Below the pieces are notes generated by a model that worked only from the letters and a program-made list of their open reading frames with translations, was not told the DNA's origin and searched no databases. From positions 79,490-143,489 of the forward strand of contig JBCCQY010000003.1 of assembly GCA_039208735.1 (NCBI GenBank): a DNA stretch of 64,000 nucleotides, read 5' to 3'. The position numbers and the translations under genes are program-made. Every line of letters starts with the position of its first letter. Position 1 is the stretch's first letter. The DNA is from Myxococcota bacterium (lineage in GTDB: Bacteria; Myxococcota_A; UBA796; GCA-2862545). This document shows positions 1 to 10,718 of this stretch, piece by piece.

Positions 1-641
1 CCGCGGACTTTGACGCCCTGTCCGAGCAGATCGTGACGAACTTCGCGGGTGGGGCGTTCAAGCTGCCGGGGGCACCTTCCGACGATGAACGGGTCGATCC
101 CGTGGAACGCTGGTTCTCGGTGGCGATGGGCGCCGTGATGTTGTCGCCGGGGGCGATGGCGGCTGGTTGGTCCGAGGGGTTTGACGGCGCGTTGAAAGGC
201 GCGGCCTCCCGGCTGGGGGTTCGCCTTGCGTTGATTACGCTTGGCGCATTGCTCGGTCCGGTGGGCTGGGCGGGGCTTCTGTTGTACGTCGTTTCCGACG
301 CCGTCTGGCTCGTGCTGACGGGTGGATCGCAGCTCAAGCGCCTCCGAGAACAGGTGGCCCTACGGCTCAAGGGCCAGTTGGTGCAACAGGTCGATGAGGC
401 CCGCGAAGAGGTCGAGGAACGTGTGGCCGAGGGCCTACGACCGGTTCGCGATGCGCTTGTCGCAGCAGCTGAAGATGAGGCCCGGGAGCTGCACGCGCTC
501 CTCGAGCGCACGATTTCCGCGCGGGAGCAGGCGGTACGCGACGCCGCGGCCCGTTCGGAGGCCTGGACCGAGGCGTTGGAGACCTTCGAGTCGCTGACGG
601 GCGAGCTTCAGTCCCTCACCGATCGGGAGCCTCCGGCGTAG
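1..641 (+). CDS. Bacterial dynamin-like protein, C-terminal part (5'-truncated by window edge)
   Basis: Open frame reaches the window edge. A hydrophobic Gly-rich paddle (LGALLGPVGWAGLLL) is followed by long coiled-coil helices, resembling the BDLP C-terminus. The GTPase domain is outside the window. Confidence 0.6.
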   Translation, partial: ADFDALSEQIVTNFAGGAFKLPGAPSDDERVDPVERWFSVAMGAVMLSPGAMAAGWSEGFDGALKGAASRLGVRLALITLGALLGPVGWAGLLLYVVSDAVWLVLTGGSQLKRLREQVALRLKGQLVQQVDEAREEVEERVAEGLRPVRDALVAAAEDEARELHALLERTISAREQAVRDAAARSEAWTEALETFESLTGELQSLTDREPPA

Positions 642-642
642 G

Positions 643-2214
643 TCAGTTCGTGGGCTTCAACGGGGTGAGGGTCGCCTGTGGCGGCGTGGCCGGCAATTCG
701 GGGGCGGCGACCAGGCGTTCGATGACGAACTGGCGTGCCCCACCGTTGCGCAGCCGTTGGGCGCCGTAGCTCACCCACTGGTTGTCGAACCAAGGTTCAA
801 CCGTCATCGACTGGCTGCGTACAAGCGTCCGGTCGTAGGGCACGAGTTCGGTCTCCGCGCGGTCCTCGACGAGGATGCCCCGGTGGAACACGCGCGACAC
901 CAGGCGCTCCCCCGATGCGTAGGCCAGGGTGGCCACGTCGCCGTCCAGGCCGACCTTCACGTGGGGTTCAATTCGGGAGCCGCCCACGTTGCGCATGGGC
1001 AATGAGGCATCCCAGGCCACCGATCCATCGGGATCAATGGCGGCGACAATGGCGTGCGTAAACCAGTATCCGTCGCCCACATCGAGGGTTTGGGCACGAA
1101 CTCCTCCATCCACGTCGACCATGACGACCCGCGGCACGGTGCCCAGTCGAGGAACGAAGATCTCGCCGCTCACCACAATGCGGCCGTCGTGCAGCTGTGC
1201 ATCGTGGGTCGCAAACCGGACGTCAATGTCGACGTCGCTGCCTCGGCGCTGGCGCTCCGCCACTTGCTTGCGTTTCTGATTGCGCCGCTCCGGCGGGAGA
1301 TCGTCGAAAAAGTGCCCCAGCGAGCTGAAGCTGTGCGTGGCCACGTACGTGAGGTGCCCCGATGGATCGAACCGGGCGGCGTAGAAGCCTTGGGCGCGGG
1401 TCCCCGTGGCCTCGTCGGCGTAGGTGCCCACCGCGAGTTGGTGCCCTTCGTCGAGAACATGACGCTGGATGTCGAGCAGGTTGAGGTCGGGAACCTGCAG
1501 CACAATGTCGTTGGTGAGGCGTCCTGCCTTGGCCACCGCCACGTGCTGGGTGTAGCGCCCTTCGAGAGCGGTGCGGTAACTGACGTCGACCACGCCACGG
1601 TCTGGGTCCGCGGTGAGGCGCTGCAGCTCGATGGTTTCGGGCGTGCGGGGAAGCGAGACGGCCTTCGATACGCCGGACTTCAGGTCGAGGTGGCGCAATC
1701 CTCCGCCTTGGTCGGAGCGACCATCGACCATCACCAGCCAGGCGTCCTTGCCGACCATCTCGAAGTCAACCACGCGCCGGGAACGGTGTTTGAGGGGCAC
1801 GAACCAGGCCTGGTAAGTACCGTCGCGCACGTTGTGTCGGGTCACCAACGCCAACGCGCGTCGCTGGAACACGGCCCAAGCTGCATCATCGCGGTAGAGC
1901 GTGCGCAGGGGGGCGTCCGTGACGATTTCGGGTAGGGGCACCGACCACTGCAACGACAGATCGTTGTCGTAGTGCCGCGCGACCATCACGCCGCGATCTT
2001 CCGTGTAGATCACCAGGCCGTCGTCCCCCACGGGTTCGACCGCCCAAGGTGCGTTTGGTCGAGTGGCGAGCGTGCGTTGATCGACCGTTTCAATCACGTT
2101 GGTCGCTGGAACGTGGGCCTGCGCGACCAGCGCGGTGACGAGCCACATGGGTCCCTCCGATTGGAGCCTTTCCGTACAGGCATTGTACGTCTTGGCGACA
2201 TCTTCTGGGGTCAC
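643..2214 (-). CDS. Hypothetical protein, probable beta-propeller
   Basis: 523-aa ORF of repeated beta-strand blocks, co-oriented downstream of tadE/tadG. Confidence 0.7.
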   Translation of the reverse strand: MTPEDVAKTYNACTERLQSEGPMWLVTALVAQAHVPATNVIETVDQRTLATRPNAPWAVEPVGDDGLVIYTEDRGVMVARHYDNDLSLQWSVPLPEIVTDAPLRTLYRDDAAWAVFQRRALALVTRHNVRDGTYQAWFVPLKHRSRRVVDFEMVGKDAWLVMVDGRSDQGGGLRHLDLKSGVSKAVSLPRTPETIELQRLTADPDRGVVDVSYRTALEGRYTQHVAVAKAGRLTNDIVLQVPDLNLLDIQRHVLDEGHQLAVGTYADEATGTRAQGFYAARFDPSGHLTYVATHSFSSLGHFFDDLPPERRNQKRKQVAERQRRGSDVDIDVRFATHDAQLHDGRIVVSGEIFVPRLGTVPRVVMVDVDGGVRAQTLDVGDGYWFTHAIVAAIDPDGSVAWDASLPMRNVGGSRIEPHVKVGLDGDVATLAYASGERLVSRVFHRGILVEDRAETELVPYDRTLVRSQSMTVEPWFDNQWVSYGAQRLRNGGARQFVIERLVAAPELPATPPQATLTPLKPTN

Positions 2215-2253
2215 GGCTGGTCGTTCGGTCGGTTGAAGGCCCTGTCGTCGCGG

Positions 2254-2676
2254 TCAGGGAGGAGGCGGTTGCTCTTGGGTGTAGACCACGAATTGGCGCG
2301 TCACGGGGCGGTTCATCGCACTGTAGATGGGCAGGATCGATTCGTAGGGAACCGACGCATCCACGGTGAGCCACCAGACGCCGCTGTTGTCGGCCTGCCA
2401 CGAGGCGCCAACGAGCATCCCTTTGGACGACAGCCCCCAGGTGGCCAACGCCTCGGTCACCGCGGTCGTCGAGTAGGTCTCGAGCGCGTCGTAGGGCTCT
2501 CCTTCGGCGAGCGTCAACACCGAGGCCTGCCGGGCTCCGTCTTGCACGGCCCGACTCACCGCCTGTCGGGTGAGCCCCCACAAGGCAAAGTCGATGGAGC
2601 CGGTGATCATGATCAAGGCCACCGGCATGCAAAGCACGAACTCGACGGCGCTGGCTCCTCGTTTGAACCCCATCAT
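2254..2676 (-). CDS. tadE: TadE-family pseudopilin
   Basis: N-terminal KRGASAVEFVLCMP prepilin motif followed by a hydrophobic helix. Confidence 0.88.
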   Translation of the reverse strand: MMGFKRGASAVEFVLCMPVALIMITGSIDFALWGLTRQAVSRAVQDGARQASVLTLAEGEPYDALETYSTTAVTEALATWGLSSKGMLVGASWQADNSGVWWLTVDASVPYESILPIYSAMNRPVTRQFVVYTQEQPPPP

Positions 2677-3092
2677 CGAGCACTCCGCTGAAATTCGAGG
2701 CGCACGACCACCTCATCGCTGAGCAGGGAGTGGTCCTGCACCCAAGGAACCACCCCCGAAAAAGGCACGGTGAATTGGCAGCGCAGCACCCGGTTGGGAG
2801 CGTCTCCTTCGAGGGTCGCGGTGGCCACGCAGTCCTTACAGGAGCCCGCTTCCGACTCGTAGGCGGTCTGGATGGCCGCCGAAGCGGCGGCAAGCAACGC
2901 GTCGGCATGCGAATCGTGAATGCCAGGGTCATGCAGCGAACCGGCTCGGCACCCCTCGGCGACTGCACCGCGCACGTTGGCTTGTTCCACCAACAGCCAG
3001 CTGTAGTGCATGCTCGCACCAACGAAGGCCACGAAAACGGGCAGCAGCAGGGCAAATTCCAAGGCGTTGGCGCCGCGGCGTCGCATGTTCAC
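2673..3092 (-). CDS. tadE: TadE-family pseudopilin
   Basis: RRRGANALEFALLLP motif; 4-nt overlaps with both neighbours. Confidence 0.88.
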   Translation of the reverse strand: MNMRRRGANALEFALLLPVFVAFVGASMHYSWLLVEQANVRGAVAEGCRAGSLHDPGIHDSHADALLAAASAAIQTAYESEAGSCKDCVATATLEGDAPNRVLRCQFTVPFSGVVPWVQDHSLLSDEVVVRLEFQRSAR

Positions 3093-4258
3093 TCCACCAA
3101 CGTGATGGGCAAGGACTCCGCAATGTCGCGGAAGATGTCATCGAGGTCGCTCGAGTTCTTCGCGAGCACGAAATAGCCATCGCCCTGGGCGACATCGCGC
3201 ATCCAAGACCCATTGGCGCGGTAGCTCACAAGCCAGGTGTGAACCTCCTGTTCCTGCCACACCTTCTTGGACAGCGCGATCGATTCGGACGTGACTTCGC
3301 TAGAGCCTCGGCGAGCCCCGGTGTAGGTGTAGCGCCAGCGCTCCTCGCGATGCCCAAGGGTGTCGCGGAGCGTGTGAGCGCCCACTCCGGCCGGTTGCCC
3401 GTCGGTGACCACGATCATGGCGCGGTACACGCTCGGATCCTGCTGCTCGGCGAACATCTGTCGGGCCATCTCGATGCCAATTGCGTGGTCGGTGCCCGTC
3501 TCGTCTTTGTATTCCCGAGGCATGTGCGGCCAGCACTCCCCTTCCGAGAAGTCAGTCGCACGGTCGATCTTGCAGCCCTTGGAGTTTGGCGTGCCCGCTT
3601 TGCTGGCCGTCCGCATGTCCGCCCAAACGTCGCGGACGCCGTTGGTCACGGCCAGTTCCGCGGGTTGCAATGGGGTGAACTCCGTTCCGAATTGACCGTG
3701 GAACGTGACCATGCCGATGCGGTCGCCGTCGCTCGCCGTCCCCGTGAGTTGGTCGAAGATGGTGACCGCGCCCTCTCTGGCGCCTTCGAAGGGGGTGAAT
3801 CCCCAAGAGTTGGTGATGTCCATCACGACGATGGTGTGCAGCGAGCGCACCGCGGCGGTGGCATCCGCGGCGCGAATCGAGGTTCCAAGACCCCAGAAGC
3901 TCGCGAACGGCAAGGTGATGTCGACGTCCACGGCCACTCGAACCGCGTTGGCGGTGTTGGAGTTCACCGTGAAGGCACCGTTCTCGTACATCCCAAACTC
4001 GACCGCTTGAGCCCGGGGCGTCAGTCCTGCGACCCGATTCGCAGCGATGATGCGGCGGGCTGCCGCATCGGCCACGCTGCGGTCGTGCGTGGATCGGAGC
4101 CGCAGGATGCCTGCGTGAGCGGCGGCATCGCAGACCGCCTGGATTTCGGCTTCCGCCAGCCGAATCAGCGACAGGTCAACGAGGAACGCCCCGAAGGCGA
4201 TGAACACGACCCCGGCGACTGCAAAGACCGTGGCGTACCCGCCTCGTCGGTGCCCCAT
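3089..4258 (-). CDS. tadG: TadG-like pilus assembly protein with VWA domain
   Basis: RRGGYA..F..VD..Q..CDAAAHAG Tad N-terminus; VMDITNSW and IVVTDGQP MIDAS-like motifs; AAGGAG RBS before ATG 4258. Confidence 0.82.
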   Translation of the reverse strand: MGHRRGGYATVFAVAGVVFIAFGAFLVDLSLIRLAEAEIQAVCDAAAHAGILRLRSTHDRSVADAAARRIIAANRVAGLTPRAQAVEFGMYENGAFTVNSNTANAVRVAVDVDITLPFASFWGLGTSIRAADATAAVRSLHTIVVMDITNSWGFTPFEGAREGAVTIFDQLTGTASDGDRIGMVTFHGQFGTEFTPLQPAELAVTNGVRDVWADMRTASKAGTPNSKGCKIDRATDFSEGECWPHMPREYKDETGTDHAIGIEMARQMFAEQQDPSVYRAMIVVTDGQPAGVGAHTLRDTLGHREERWRYTYTGARRGSSEVTSESIALSKKVWQEQEVHTWLVSYRANGSWMRDVAQGDGYFVLAKNSSDLDDIFRDIAESLPITLVE

Positions 4259-4301
4259 CAAAACCGTTCTCCTTGCGTGGCGAACGCGATAGGAGGGCGG
4301 C

Positions 4302-4829
4302 GTGTCACCCACCTACCGACTTTTCCGTTCTGTGATGGCACTCCTCGCGGGCCTCGGCCTACTGGTGTGGAGTGCTCAGGTCCCCCTTCCCTTCGTCGGT
4401 CCCGAGACCTCGTTGTTGAGCTTCGCTATGGTGCTGATTGCGCTGTTGGGCGGGGTTCGCTTGGCGACGGTGACCACGGCGGTCTACGTCGGACTGGTCT
4501 ATGTCGGCCGATTGCCCTGGCAGGGACTCGATCCGTCCGCGCTGCAGCTCCCCCAGGAACAGCAGCTGGGCTACCTCGGGGGGCTGGTCGCAGGGGCGTT
4601 TCTCACCGGATTGTTGTACCGCCGAAACAGCTGGCTCGGCCTATCGTTCGCGGCATTCGTCGGGCACGTGGCGCTGTTTGGGGTGGGCGTGGCCGTATTG
4701 GCCCAGACCATGGGGCCTACCTTCGCCATGGTCGGCGGTGCCTGGCCCTACGTTTTCGGCGCCGTCGTGAAGAGCGTGTTTGCCGCCCTGCTGGTGGCCA
4801 TCTTCCGGCCCCCGTTCGACGACCCGTAG
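4302..4829 (+). CDS. bioY: BioY-family biotin transporter
   Basis: AQVPLPF.GP..SL.SFAMVLIALLGG and GYLGGLV motifs; ~175 aa, multi-TM. Confidence 0.8.
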   Translation: MSPTYRLFRSVMALLAGLGLLVWSAQVPLPFVGPETSLLSFAMVLIALLGGVRLATVTTAVYVGLVYVGRLPWQGLDPSALQLPQEQQLGYLGGLVAGAFLTGLLYRRNSWLGLSFAAFVGHVALFGVGVAVLAQTMGPTFAMVGGAWPYVFGAVVKSVFAALLVAIFRPPFDDP

Positions 4830-4832
4830 TCA

Positions 4833-5660
4833 TCAGGCCGACGGTGGCGTCACGTAGGTGTGGAACTCTCCTCGCTCGCCGAACGCGTCGATTTCATCGG
4901 GCAGCGAGGCGACGAACCGTGCGTCGTAGACCTGCCCCACCTCACCGTGCCCCCCCGGAGTGGCGGACAGGGTGATGTGAGCCTTAGACGACCACAATCG
5001 CGTCTTTAGCGCATCGTAGGGAACCTGCCAGAGGGGAAACGCCAGTTCGATCCCACGAGGTTCGGCCCAAGGGCCCAGCGTCTGCTCTCGGAACCCTCGA
5101 ATCTCCTTGAGATGAAGGTCCCCAAATGCCAGGCGGGCCACCGGCGTGACGCGGTTCACGGTGTCGAGCCCTTCGTAGACGACGTCCGCGTACGGTCGAT
5201 CGGGGCGCAAGGGAACCATCAGGAGGTCCACGTCGAGCCAGCGTGCTTGGGCTTCGATGGCCTGACGGCTCACTTCTTGATGCGCCACGAGATCGTAGCG
5301 CGGATCGAAGGTGGTCAACCAAAGGACGGTGCGGCCGGCCTCTCGGAGCGCCAACCACGTGAGGTAGCTGTCTTTGCCGCCACTCCAGAACAGGACGTCG
5401 ACGGGTCCGGTCGGTCGGGCTTGGGCTCGGACTCGAAAACTCGGCCCTTCCGCGAGCCGCCGCGACTCGGGGTTGGAGACGCCAATGTGCCCGAAGGGGC
5501 AGTGCCGGCAACCGGATCCACAGCATCGGCCGCGGTCCGCGAGGGTGGTCGCGGTGAACACGTGGTAGCCCGTCGCAGGGTCAAGATAGGTCTTTTGTCC
5601 AGCTTCAACCGCAGCATCGTGCCGCCTCTGCGCTTTGGCCTCGATCATGTTGGCTCTCAC
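4833..5660 (-). CDS. DUF5522 Cys-cluster domain fused to Dph6/DUF71-type PP-loop ATPase
   Basis: YLDPATGYHVFT..RGRCCGSGCRHCPFGH N-terminus; WSGGKDS PP-loop; FGDLHL; GERGEFHT. Confidence 0.85.
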   Translation of the reverse strand: MRANMIEAKAQRRHDAAVEAGQKTYLDPATGYHVFTATTLADRGRCCGSGCRHCPFGHIGVSNPESRRLAEGPSFRVRAQARPTGPVDVLFWSGGKDSYLTWLALREAGRTVLWLTTFDPRYDLVAHQEVSRQAIEAQARWLDVDLLMVPLRPDRPYADVVYEGLDTVNRVTPVARLAFGDLHLKEIRGFREQTLGPWAEPRGIELAFPLWQVPYDALKTRLWSSKAHITLSATPGGHGEVGQVYDARFVASLPDEIDAFGERGEFHTYVTPPSA

Positions 5661-5758
5661 ATTGGAGTCAAGGTCCGTATCGCGAGGCTGCAGGTTTGCA
5701 GTGTGGAGCTGCAGTTTAGGCCTTCTTTGCGGTGGTAATGCACGCCTACGGAGGCGGC

Positions 5759-6589
5759 ATGCATCTCGAAAGCGAAGACGGCACGCAACTCGAAGCCACG
5801 CACTACCCCGGTCCTCAGGCTGGCTGGGTGTTCATCGGCAGCGCGACGGGTGTACCCCAGCGCTTCTACGCGCCCATGGCCCGCTGGCTCGTCGAGAACG
5901 TAGGCGTCAACGTCCTGACGCTGGACTACCGGGGCGTGGGTGCCTCACGCCCCGAGACGCTGCGGGGCTACCCCGCTACCAAACGAGACTGGGCCCGCGA
6001 TTTTGCGGCGGGGGTCGCGTATGCCGCCGAACGGGGACCCACGGTGGTGGTTGGCCACAGCTTTTGTGGCCACGCCTTTGGCATGACCACAGCCCATCGC
6101 AAGACCCGGGGCTGCTACGTGTTCGCTGGAGGGGCGGGGTGGCATGGGTGGATGCCCCGGGGCGAGGGACTTCGCGTCTGGGCGGCGTGGAACGTCCTCC
6201 TTCCTCCCTTGGTGAGCCTCTATGGCTACCTGCCCGCCCGACGGCTCGGCATGGGGGAGGACCTTCCGCGCGGGGTCTACAAGGATTGGCGTCGTTGGTG
6301 CAGCTATCCCAACTACTTCTTCGACGACCCCTCTGCGGCAGACTTCACGGGGGAGTTCGAACAGGTTGAGGCACCCGTGGTCGCGGTGAACAGCGTAGAC
6401 GATCGGTGGGCACCGCCCCGAAGCGCCCAGGCGCTGTTCGCGCACTACCCCAATCACCGCTTAGTGACGGTCGACCCTTCCGCGCTGGGGGTAAAGGGCA
6501 TTGGTCACCTGAACTATGTTCGGCCAAAATGCAAGGCGCTATGGTCAGATATGGGAAATTTCGTTCGTGAACGAATGGAATTGAAATGA
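5759..6589 (+). CDS. Alpha/beta hydrolase (COG4757-like)
   Basis: SATGVPQRFY, DYRGVGAS, GHSFCG nucleophile elbow, C-terminal GHLNY; GGAGG RBS. Confidence 0.88.
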   Translation: MHLESEDGTQLEATHYPGPQAGWVFIGSATGVPQRFYAPMARWLVENVGVNVLTLDYRGVGASRPETLRGYPATKRDWARDFAAGVAYAAERGPTVVVGHSFCGHAFGMTTAHRKTRGCYVFAGGAGWHGWMPRGEGLRVWAAWNVLLPPLVSLYGYLPARRLGMGEDLPRGVYKDWRRWCSYPNYFFDDPSAADFTGEFEQVEAPVVAVNSVDDRWAPPRSAQALFAHYPNHRLVTVDPSALGVKGIGHLNYVRPKCKALWSDMGNFVRERMELK

Positions 6590-6630
6590 TCTGAGGAGGA
6601 GGGCGTAGCCAACCAAGACGGAGGTCTTCG

Positions 6631-6990
6631 TTGTCCTACTCTTTGACCCGCCCCGATACGCAGAGTCGCAACCTGGCTGTGATCGCGCATCTCGCTGCGT
6701 ACAGCGGGCTCATCTTGCCAGCGCTTGCGCCGATCATCATTCCCATCGTGGTGCTCGCGATCAAGCCTCATGACGAGTACGTGCGGGAACATGCGCTCGA
6801 ATCGCTGAACCTCGAGATCACGCTGTGGCTTGCGATCGCGTTCTTTGGCCTGTTGAGCTTCTTGTTGATCGGGTTGCCGTTCTTGCTGGTGACGATTCTG
6901 TTCGGGCTCATCGCCCCGATTCCCGCCGCCATCGCGGCGGCGACGGGTGAACCGCATCGATACTCGTTCATCATCCGGTTCTTCAACTAG
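6631..6990 (+). CDS. DUF4870 membrane protein
   Basis: LAVIAHL..YVREHALESLNLEIT..RYSFIIRF pattern; GGAGG upstream of TTG. Confidence 0.85.
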   Translation: MSYSLTRPDTQSRNLAVIAHLAAYSGLILPALAPIIIPIVVLAIKPHDEYVREHALESLNLEITLWLAIAFFGLLSFLLIGLPFLLVTILFGLIAPIPAAIAAATGEPHRYSFIIRFFN

Positions 6991-7037
6991 CGCTCGCCTC
7001 GCTCGGCGGTGGCTTCTCGTTCGTTACGAGAAGCACC

Positions 7038-9020
7038 ATGAACGGCGCGTGGTTGCACCCCAAACTAAATCCGACGCTGCGGGCGCTCATCAACGCAACG
7101 AGCGACGCCATCATCGTCACCGACCTAAAGTTCACGATCTTGCGGTTCAATCGAGCCGCCGAGCGGCTGTACGGATGGCGCAAGGACGACGTCGAGGGCC
7201 GCATGATTGGGGAGGTGGTACCGACGACCTACCTCGACGCTGCCCCCGGCGATGTTCTGGAGTCCTTTTGGAAGGAAGGCGCGTGGTCAGGTGAGGTCAT
7301 TCAGCGTACGCAAAGCGGCCAGGGTCGCTTCATCGCCTCTTCGGTGAACCTGGTTCGCGATGACGACGGAACGGCGGTGGGCGTCATCGCCATCAACCGT
7401 GACATTACGGAAGCCCGTCGTGCGCAGGCTGCGCGTGGTCTGATCCATCAGCTCGCGCGAAGCATGGTAACGGCACCGGTCGGACGCACCCGCGGTCGGG
7501 CCATCGAAGTGTTGTGCGCGGCACTGGGCAGCCGGAGCGGCCTGCTCGCGGTCGTTGACCATGCGGGCGACCTGTTGTGCTCGACCAACGAGCGCAAGAC
7601 GTTTGTGTGGCCGCGTGTGTCGTGGTCGCGGGTGCTACCAGACCAGACCTCGATCATCGAGCTTCGCCAGGCCCCCCACCTTCCCCTGCCGGGGGTGGTG
7701 GCTGCGCTTGGTTCGGTGCTGGTTGGGCCCATTGGCGGCGGCCACGGTCGCCTCGGCTACCTCATACTGCAGCGACCGGCGGACTCTCCAGATTCGAGTG
7801 AAGGCCATCTGCTCGAGCTTCTAAACGAGGCGGCCGACCAGCTCGCACCGATTCTGCGGGCGCAACGCCAGCGAGACCAACAACGTCAAGAGCGTGCGGT
7901 GTTGGCAGATCGGGTGCGCCAGGGCCAGCGACTTGAGGCCGTAGGACGCCTGGCCGGCGGCATTGCGCACGATTTCAGCAACCTGCTCACCATCATCGCC
8001 AACCACGCGGATCTTGGCTTGCGGCAAGAGGCGGCGGGCAAAACCCAGATGCATCTTGAGGCGATCAGTCGGGCCGCAGACCGTGCCATGGCGTTGACCT
8101 CCCAATTGGTGGCCTTCGGTCGCAAAGCGCCCGGCACGTTGGGCTGCCTCGATCTAGCGGCGGCGTTGCGGGAACTCGAACCGCTCATCCAACGGCTGAT
8201 CGGCGAAGATATCCTGGTCGATGCTTCGATTCTCGAAGAGTCGGTGTGGATTCACGGCCAACGCAGTCCCATGGACCAGATCATGCTCAATCTGGTGGTC
8301 AACGCACGGGATGCCATGGAAGAAGGCGGGCGACTGACGATGATTCTGGATCGTCAACCGGCGCCAGCCCATGCGGGCCTCGCCCGTGCGGTTCGGCTTG
8401 CCGTGCGCGACACGGGGATCGGGATGGCGCCCGAAGTGACCGAACGAGTGTTTGAGCCCTTCTTCACTACCAAAGGACCTGCGCGCGGTTCGGGACTTGG
8501 GCTGTTTACGGTGTACGGCATCGTGCAGCAGCATCAAGGCCATATCGAAGTGGTGTCGACACCCGGAGAGGGAACCGTGTTTTCGGTCTGGTTCCCCGAG
8601 GTCGATGCGCCGCCGCAGGAGGAATTGCCCAAGACCCGCGCCCGGCCGCATCCCGCGGCGGGCCGCAGGGTGCTCCTCGTGGAAGATGAGGCGGATTTGC
8701 GGGAGGTGCTGGCCCAGGCCCTGGGGGAAGCCGGCTACCGTGTGATGGTGGCCTCGGGCCGAACTGAGGCCCTTTCCTACGTAGGCGAGTCATTCGATCT
8801 CGTCCTTACCGACGTCGTCATGCCCGATGGCTCAGGGGCGGAGGTGGTTGGGGCGTTTCAAGCCAGGCAGCCCGAGGTGCGAACCCTATTCATGTCGGGT
8901 CATGCCGGCGATGCGATCGAACGGTACGGCCTCGATCCAGCCATTCCTCGCATCGACAAACCGTTTCGCGTCGATGATGTCATCGAGATGGTGGAGTGGA
9001 TTCTTGGCAACCCGCCCTGA
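7038..9020 (+). CDS. PAS-domain hybrid sensor histidine kinase/response regulator
   Basis: [18 protein letters not shown]-box, [11 protein letters not shown]-box, DTGIGM, FFTTK, GSGLGL, and a receiver domain (LLVEDE..DVVMP). Confidence 0.95.
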   Translation: MNGAWLHPKLNPTLRALINATSDAIIVTDLKFTILRFNRAAERLYGWRKDDVEGRMIGEVVPTTYLDAAPGDVLESFWKEGAWSGEVIQRTQSGQGRFIASSVNLVRDDDGTAVGVIAINRDITEARRAQAARGLIHQLARSMVTAPVGRTRGRAIEVLCAALGSRSGLLAVVDHAGDLLCSTNERKTFVWPRVSWSRVLPDQTSIIELRQAPHLPLPGVVAALGSVLVGPIGGGHGRLGYLILQRPADSPDSSEGHLLELLNEAADQLAPILRAQRQRDQQRQERAVLADRVRQGQRLEAVGRLAGGIAHDFSNLLTIIANHADLGLRQEAAGKTQMHLEAISRAADRAMALTSQLVAFGRKAPGTLGCLDLAAALRELEPLIQRLIGEDILVDASILEESVWIHGQRSPMDQIMLNLVVNARDAMEEGGRLTMILDRQPAPAHAGLARAVRLAVRDTGIGMAPEVTERVFEPFFTTKGPARGSGLGLFTVYGIVQQHQGHIEVVSTPGEGTVFSVWFPEVDAPPQEELPKTRARPHPAAGRRVLLVEDEADLREVLAQALGEAGYRVMVASGRTEALSYVGESFDLVLTDVVMPDGSGAEVVGAFQARQPEVRTLFMSGHAGDAIERYGLDPAIPRIDKPFRVDDVIEMVEWILGNPP

Positions 9021-9076
9021 CGTCTGGCTTGAGGAGGCTTGACCGGGTAATTCGCCTGCCTGCGGAGGAGGATGCC

Positions 9077-9454
9077 ATGTGGGGGATGCGTTGGGGCCTG
9101 ATGGCTTTGGTCGTGGGGTGTGGACGACTCGATGGCGAATCGTGGCCTGCGCAAGCCGCAGATGCCACCTGCGATTTCAGCCGCAGCTGTGCCGAAGCCA
9201 ACTTCTTCACGCAGTACGACAACATCAATGATTGCCGGGCTGATAACGAGGCGTCGTTGCAGGCTGAGGCCGACGACAACGCGGACTGCGAGTTCAATCA
9301 GACAGCAGCGAGGGCGTGCATCGATGCGCTGAAGGGTTCGTGTCGAACGGCCGGTGAGGAAGCTAAGACCCTGTTTGAACCTTGTCAGATCGTTTGGGAC
9401 TGTGCCGACGTCCGCCGGCCCCTTGACCGCGACACGACCGACAGCGGCATCTGA
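9077..9454 (+). CDS. Small Cys-rich lipoprotein
   Basis: GGAGGAGG RBS; lipobox LVVGC; multiple Cys. Confidence 0.7.
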   Translation: MWGMRWGLMALVVGCGRLDGESWPAQAADATCDFSRSCAEANFFTQYDNINDCRADNEASLQAEADDNADCEFNQTAARACIDALKGSCRTAGEEAKTLFEPCQIVWDCADVRRPLDRDTTDSGI

Positions 9455-9497
9455 CAAGGCGAGAGATCGTTCGGAGAGAGGATGGTACGGGACGAGC

Positions 9498-10700
9498 GTG
9501 CAACACGTCCTGATTCTCCTCACCCTGTGGCTCACGCTCTTTACGCAGTCGAGCCAGTTTCTCATCGTTGCGCCGGTTCTACCTCGAATCGGTGAACAGC
9601 TGCACGTCGCCCCGGAGTACCTGGGCTTGCTCGTGACCGGCTATGCCGTGGGCACGGCCATCTTCGCGACGATTGCAGGTCCGATCTCAGACCATGTGGG
9701 CCGTCGGGTGATCCTTCGCGTGGGAACCCTCGCCATGGGCGTCGTGCTGATGCTTCACGGACTGGCGGCCGATTTCGTTTCGTTACTTGTGTTGCGCTGT
9801 ATGGCGGGCGCAGCGTCGGGCATCCTCGCGGGCGCGGCGGTGGCCTACGTAGGCGATGTCGTGCCCTACGAGCGTCGAGGTGCGGCGATGGGCGTTGTGA
9901 TGTCCGCGATGGCGTTTGGCCAGATCCTGGGGATTCCGATCGGCACGTTGCTGGCGGGTAGTTTTGGTTTCCAGTCCGCGTTCATCAGCTTCGGGTTTGT
10001 GATGGCGGCTGCCTTTGTCCTGACCATGGTGGCGCTGCCCGACGTAGACATGGGAGACGTCGGACCCCTCGGAATCCGCGAAGCGGTCCAGAGCTACACC
10101 TCGTTGTTGTCACGGGCCGACATCCGGGCTGTAGCCGCCGCCGCGGTCCTCATGATGCTGTCGGTGTCGAGCTTCATCGTTTACCAACCGACCTGGCTCG
10201 AAGAGTCCTTTGGGGCCAGCCCCAATGCTGTAGCGAGCTTGTTCTTGGTCGGCGGCATTGCGAACGCGCTGTTCGGCCCCCTCGCCGGAAGGCTGTCGGA
10301 TCGCATCGGGCGGAAGGGGTTGGTGGTTGGAGGCAGCGTCGCCCTGGCCATTCTGATGATGATCACGCCATTCGTGCCGAATTTCGTGCTCATCTACGGA
10401 TTGTTCTTCGTGGTCATGGGCACCGTGGCCCTGCGGATGAGCCCTTACAATGCGCTTCTCACCGCGATGGTCGACCAACACCATCGAGGCTCGTTGATGA
10501 GCTTGTCCATGGCGTTCAGCCAAGTGGGCTTCGCCCTGGGTGCCGCCGTCGCGGGCTGGACCTACGTCGAGTTCGGCTACACGGGCAACGCCATTGCCGC
10601 GGGTCTTGGGGCTCTTGGGGTGGGCGCGATCATTGGTCGGTGGGTCATCGAACCCACCGCCGACGCCGACCATCCGCACGTAACCGACGCTGCCGCGTAG
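9498..10700 (+). CDS. MFS transporter
   Basis: GPISDHVGRR and GRLSDRIGRK motif-A repeats; ~12 TM. Confidence 0.93.
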   Translation: MQHVLILLTLWLTLFTQSSQFLIVAPVLPRIGEQLHVAPEYLGLLVTGYAVGTAIFATIAGPISDHVGRRVILRVGTLAMGVVLMLHGLAADFVSLLVLRCMAGAASGILAGAAVAYVGDVVPYERRGAAMGVVMSAMAFGQILGIPIGTLLAGSFGFQSAFISFGFVMAAAFVLTMVALPDVDMGDVGPLGIREAVQSYTSLLSRADIRAVAAAAVLMMLSVSSFIVYQPTWLEESFGASPNAVASLFLVGGIANALFGPLAGRLSDRIGRKGLVVGGSVALAILMMITPFVPNFVLIYGLFFVVMGTVALRMSPYNALLTAMVDQHHRGSLMSLSMAFSQVGFALGAAVAGWTYVEFGYTGNAIAAGLGALGVGAIIGRWVIEPTADADHPHVTDAAA

Positions 10701-10718
10701 AGCGTCAGCGCCGAGTCA

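Noticed and set aside
3239..4975. Long antisense/alternative-frame ORFs (this one, 34315-35421, 49584-50732, 60884-61900 and similar)
   Set aside because: Shadow ORFs typical of high-GC DNA, overlapping well-supported genes.
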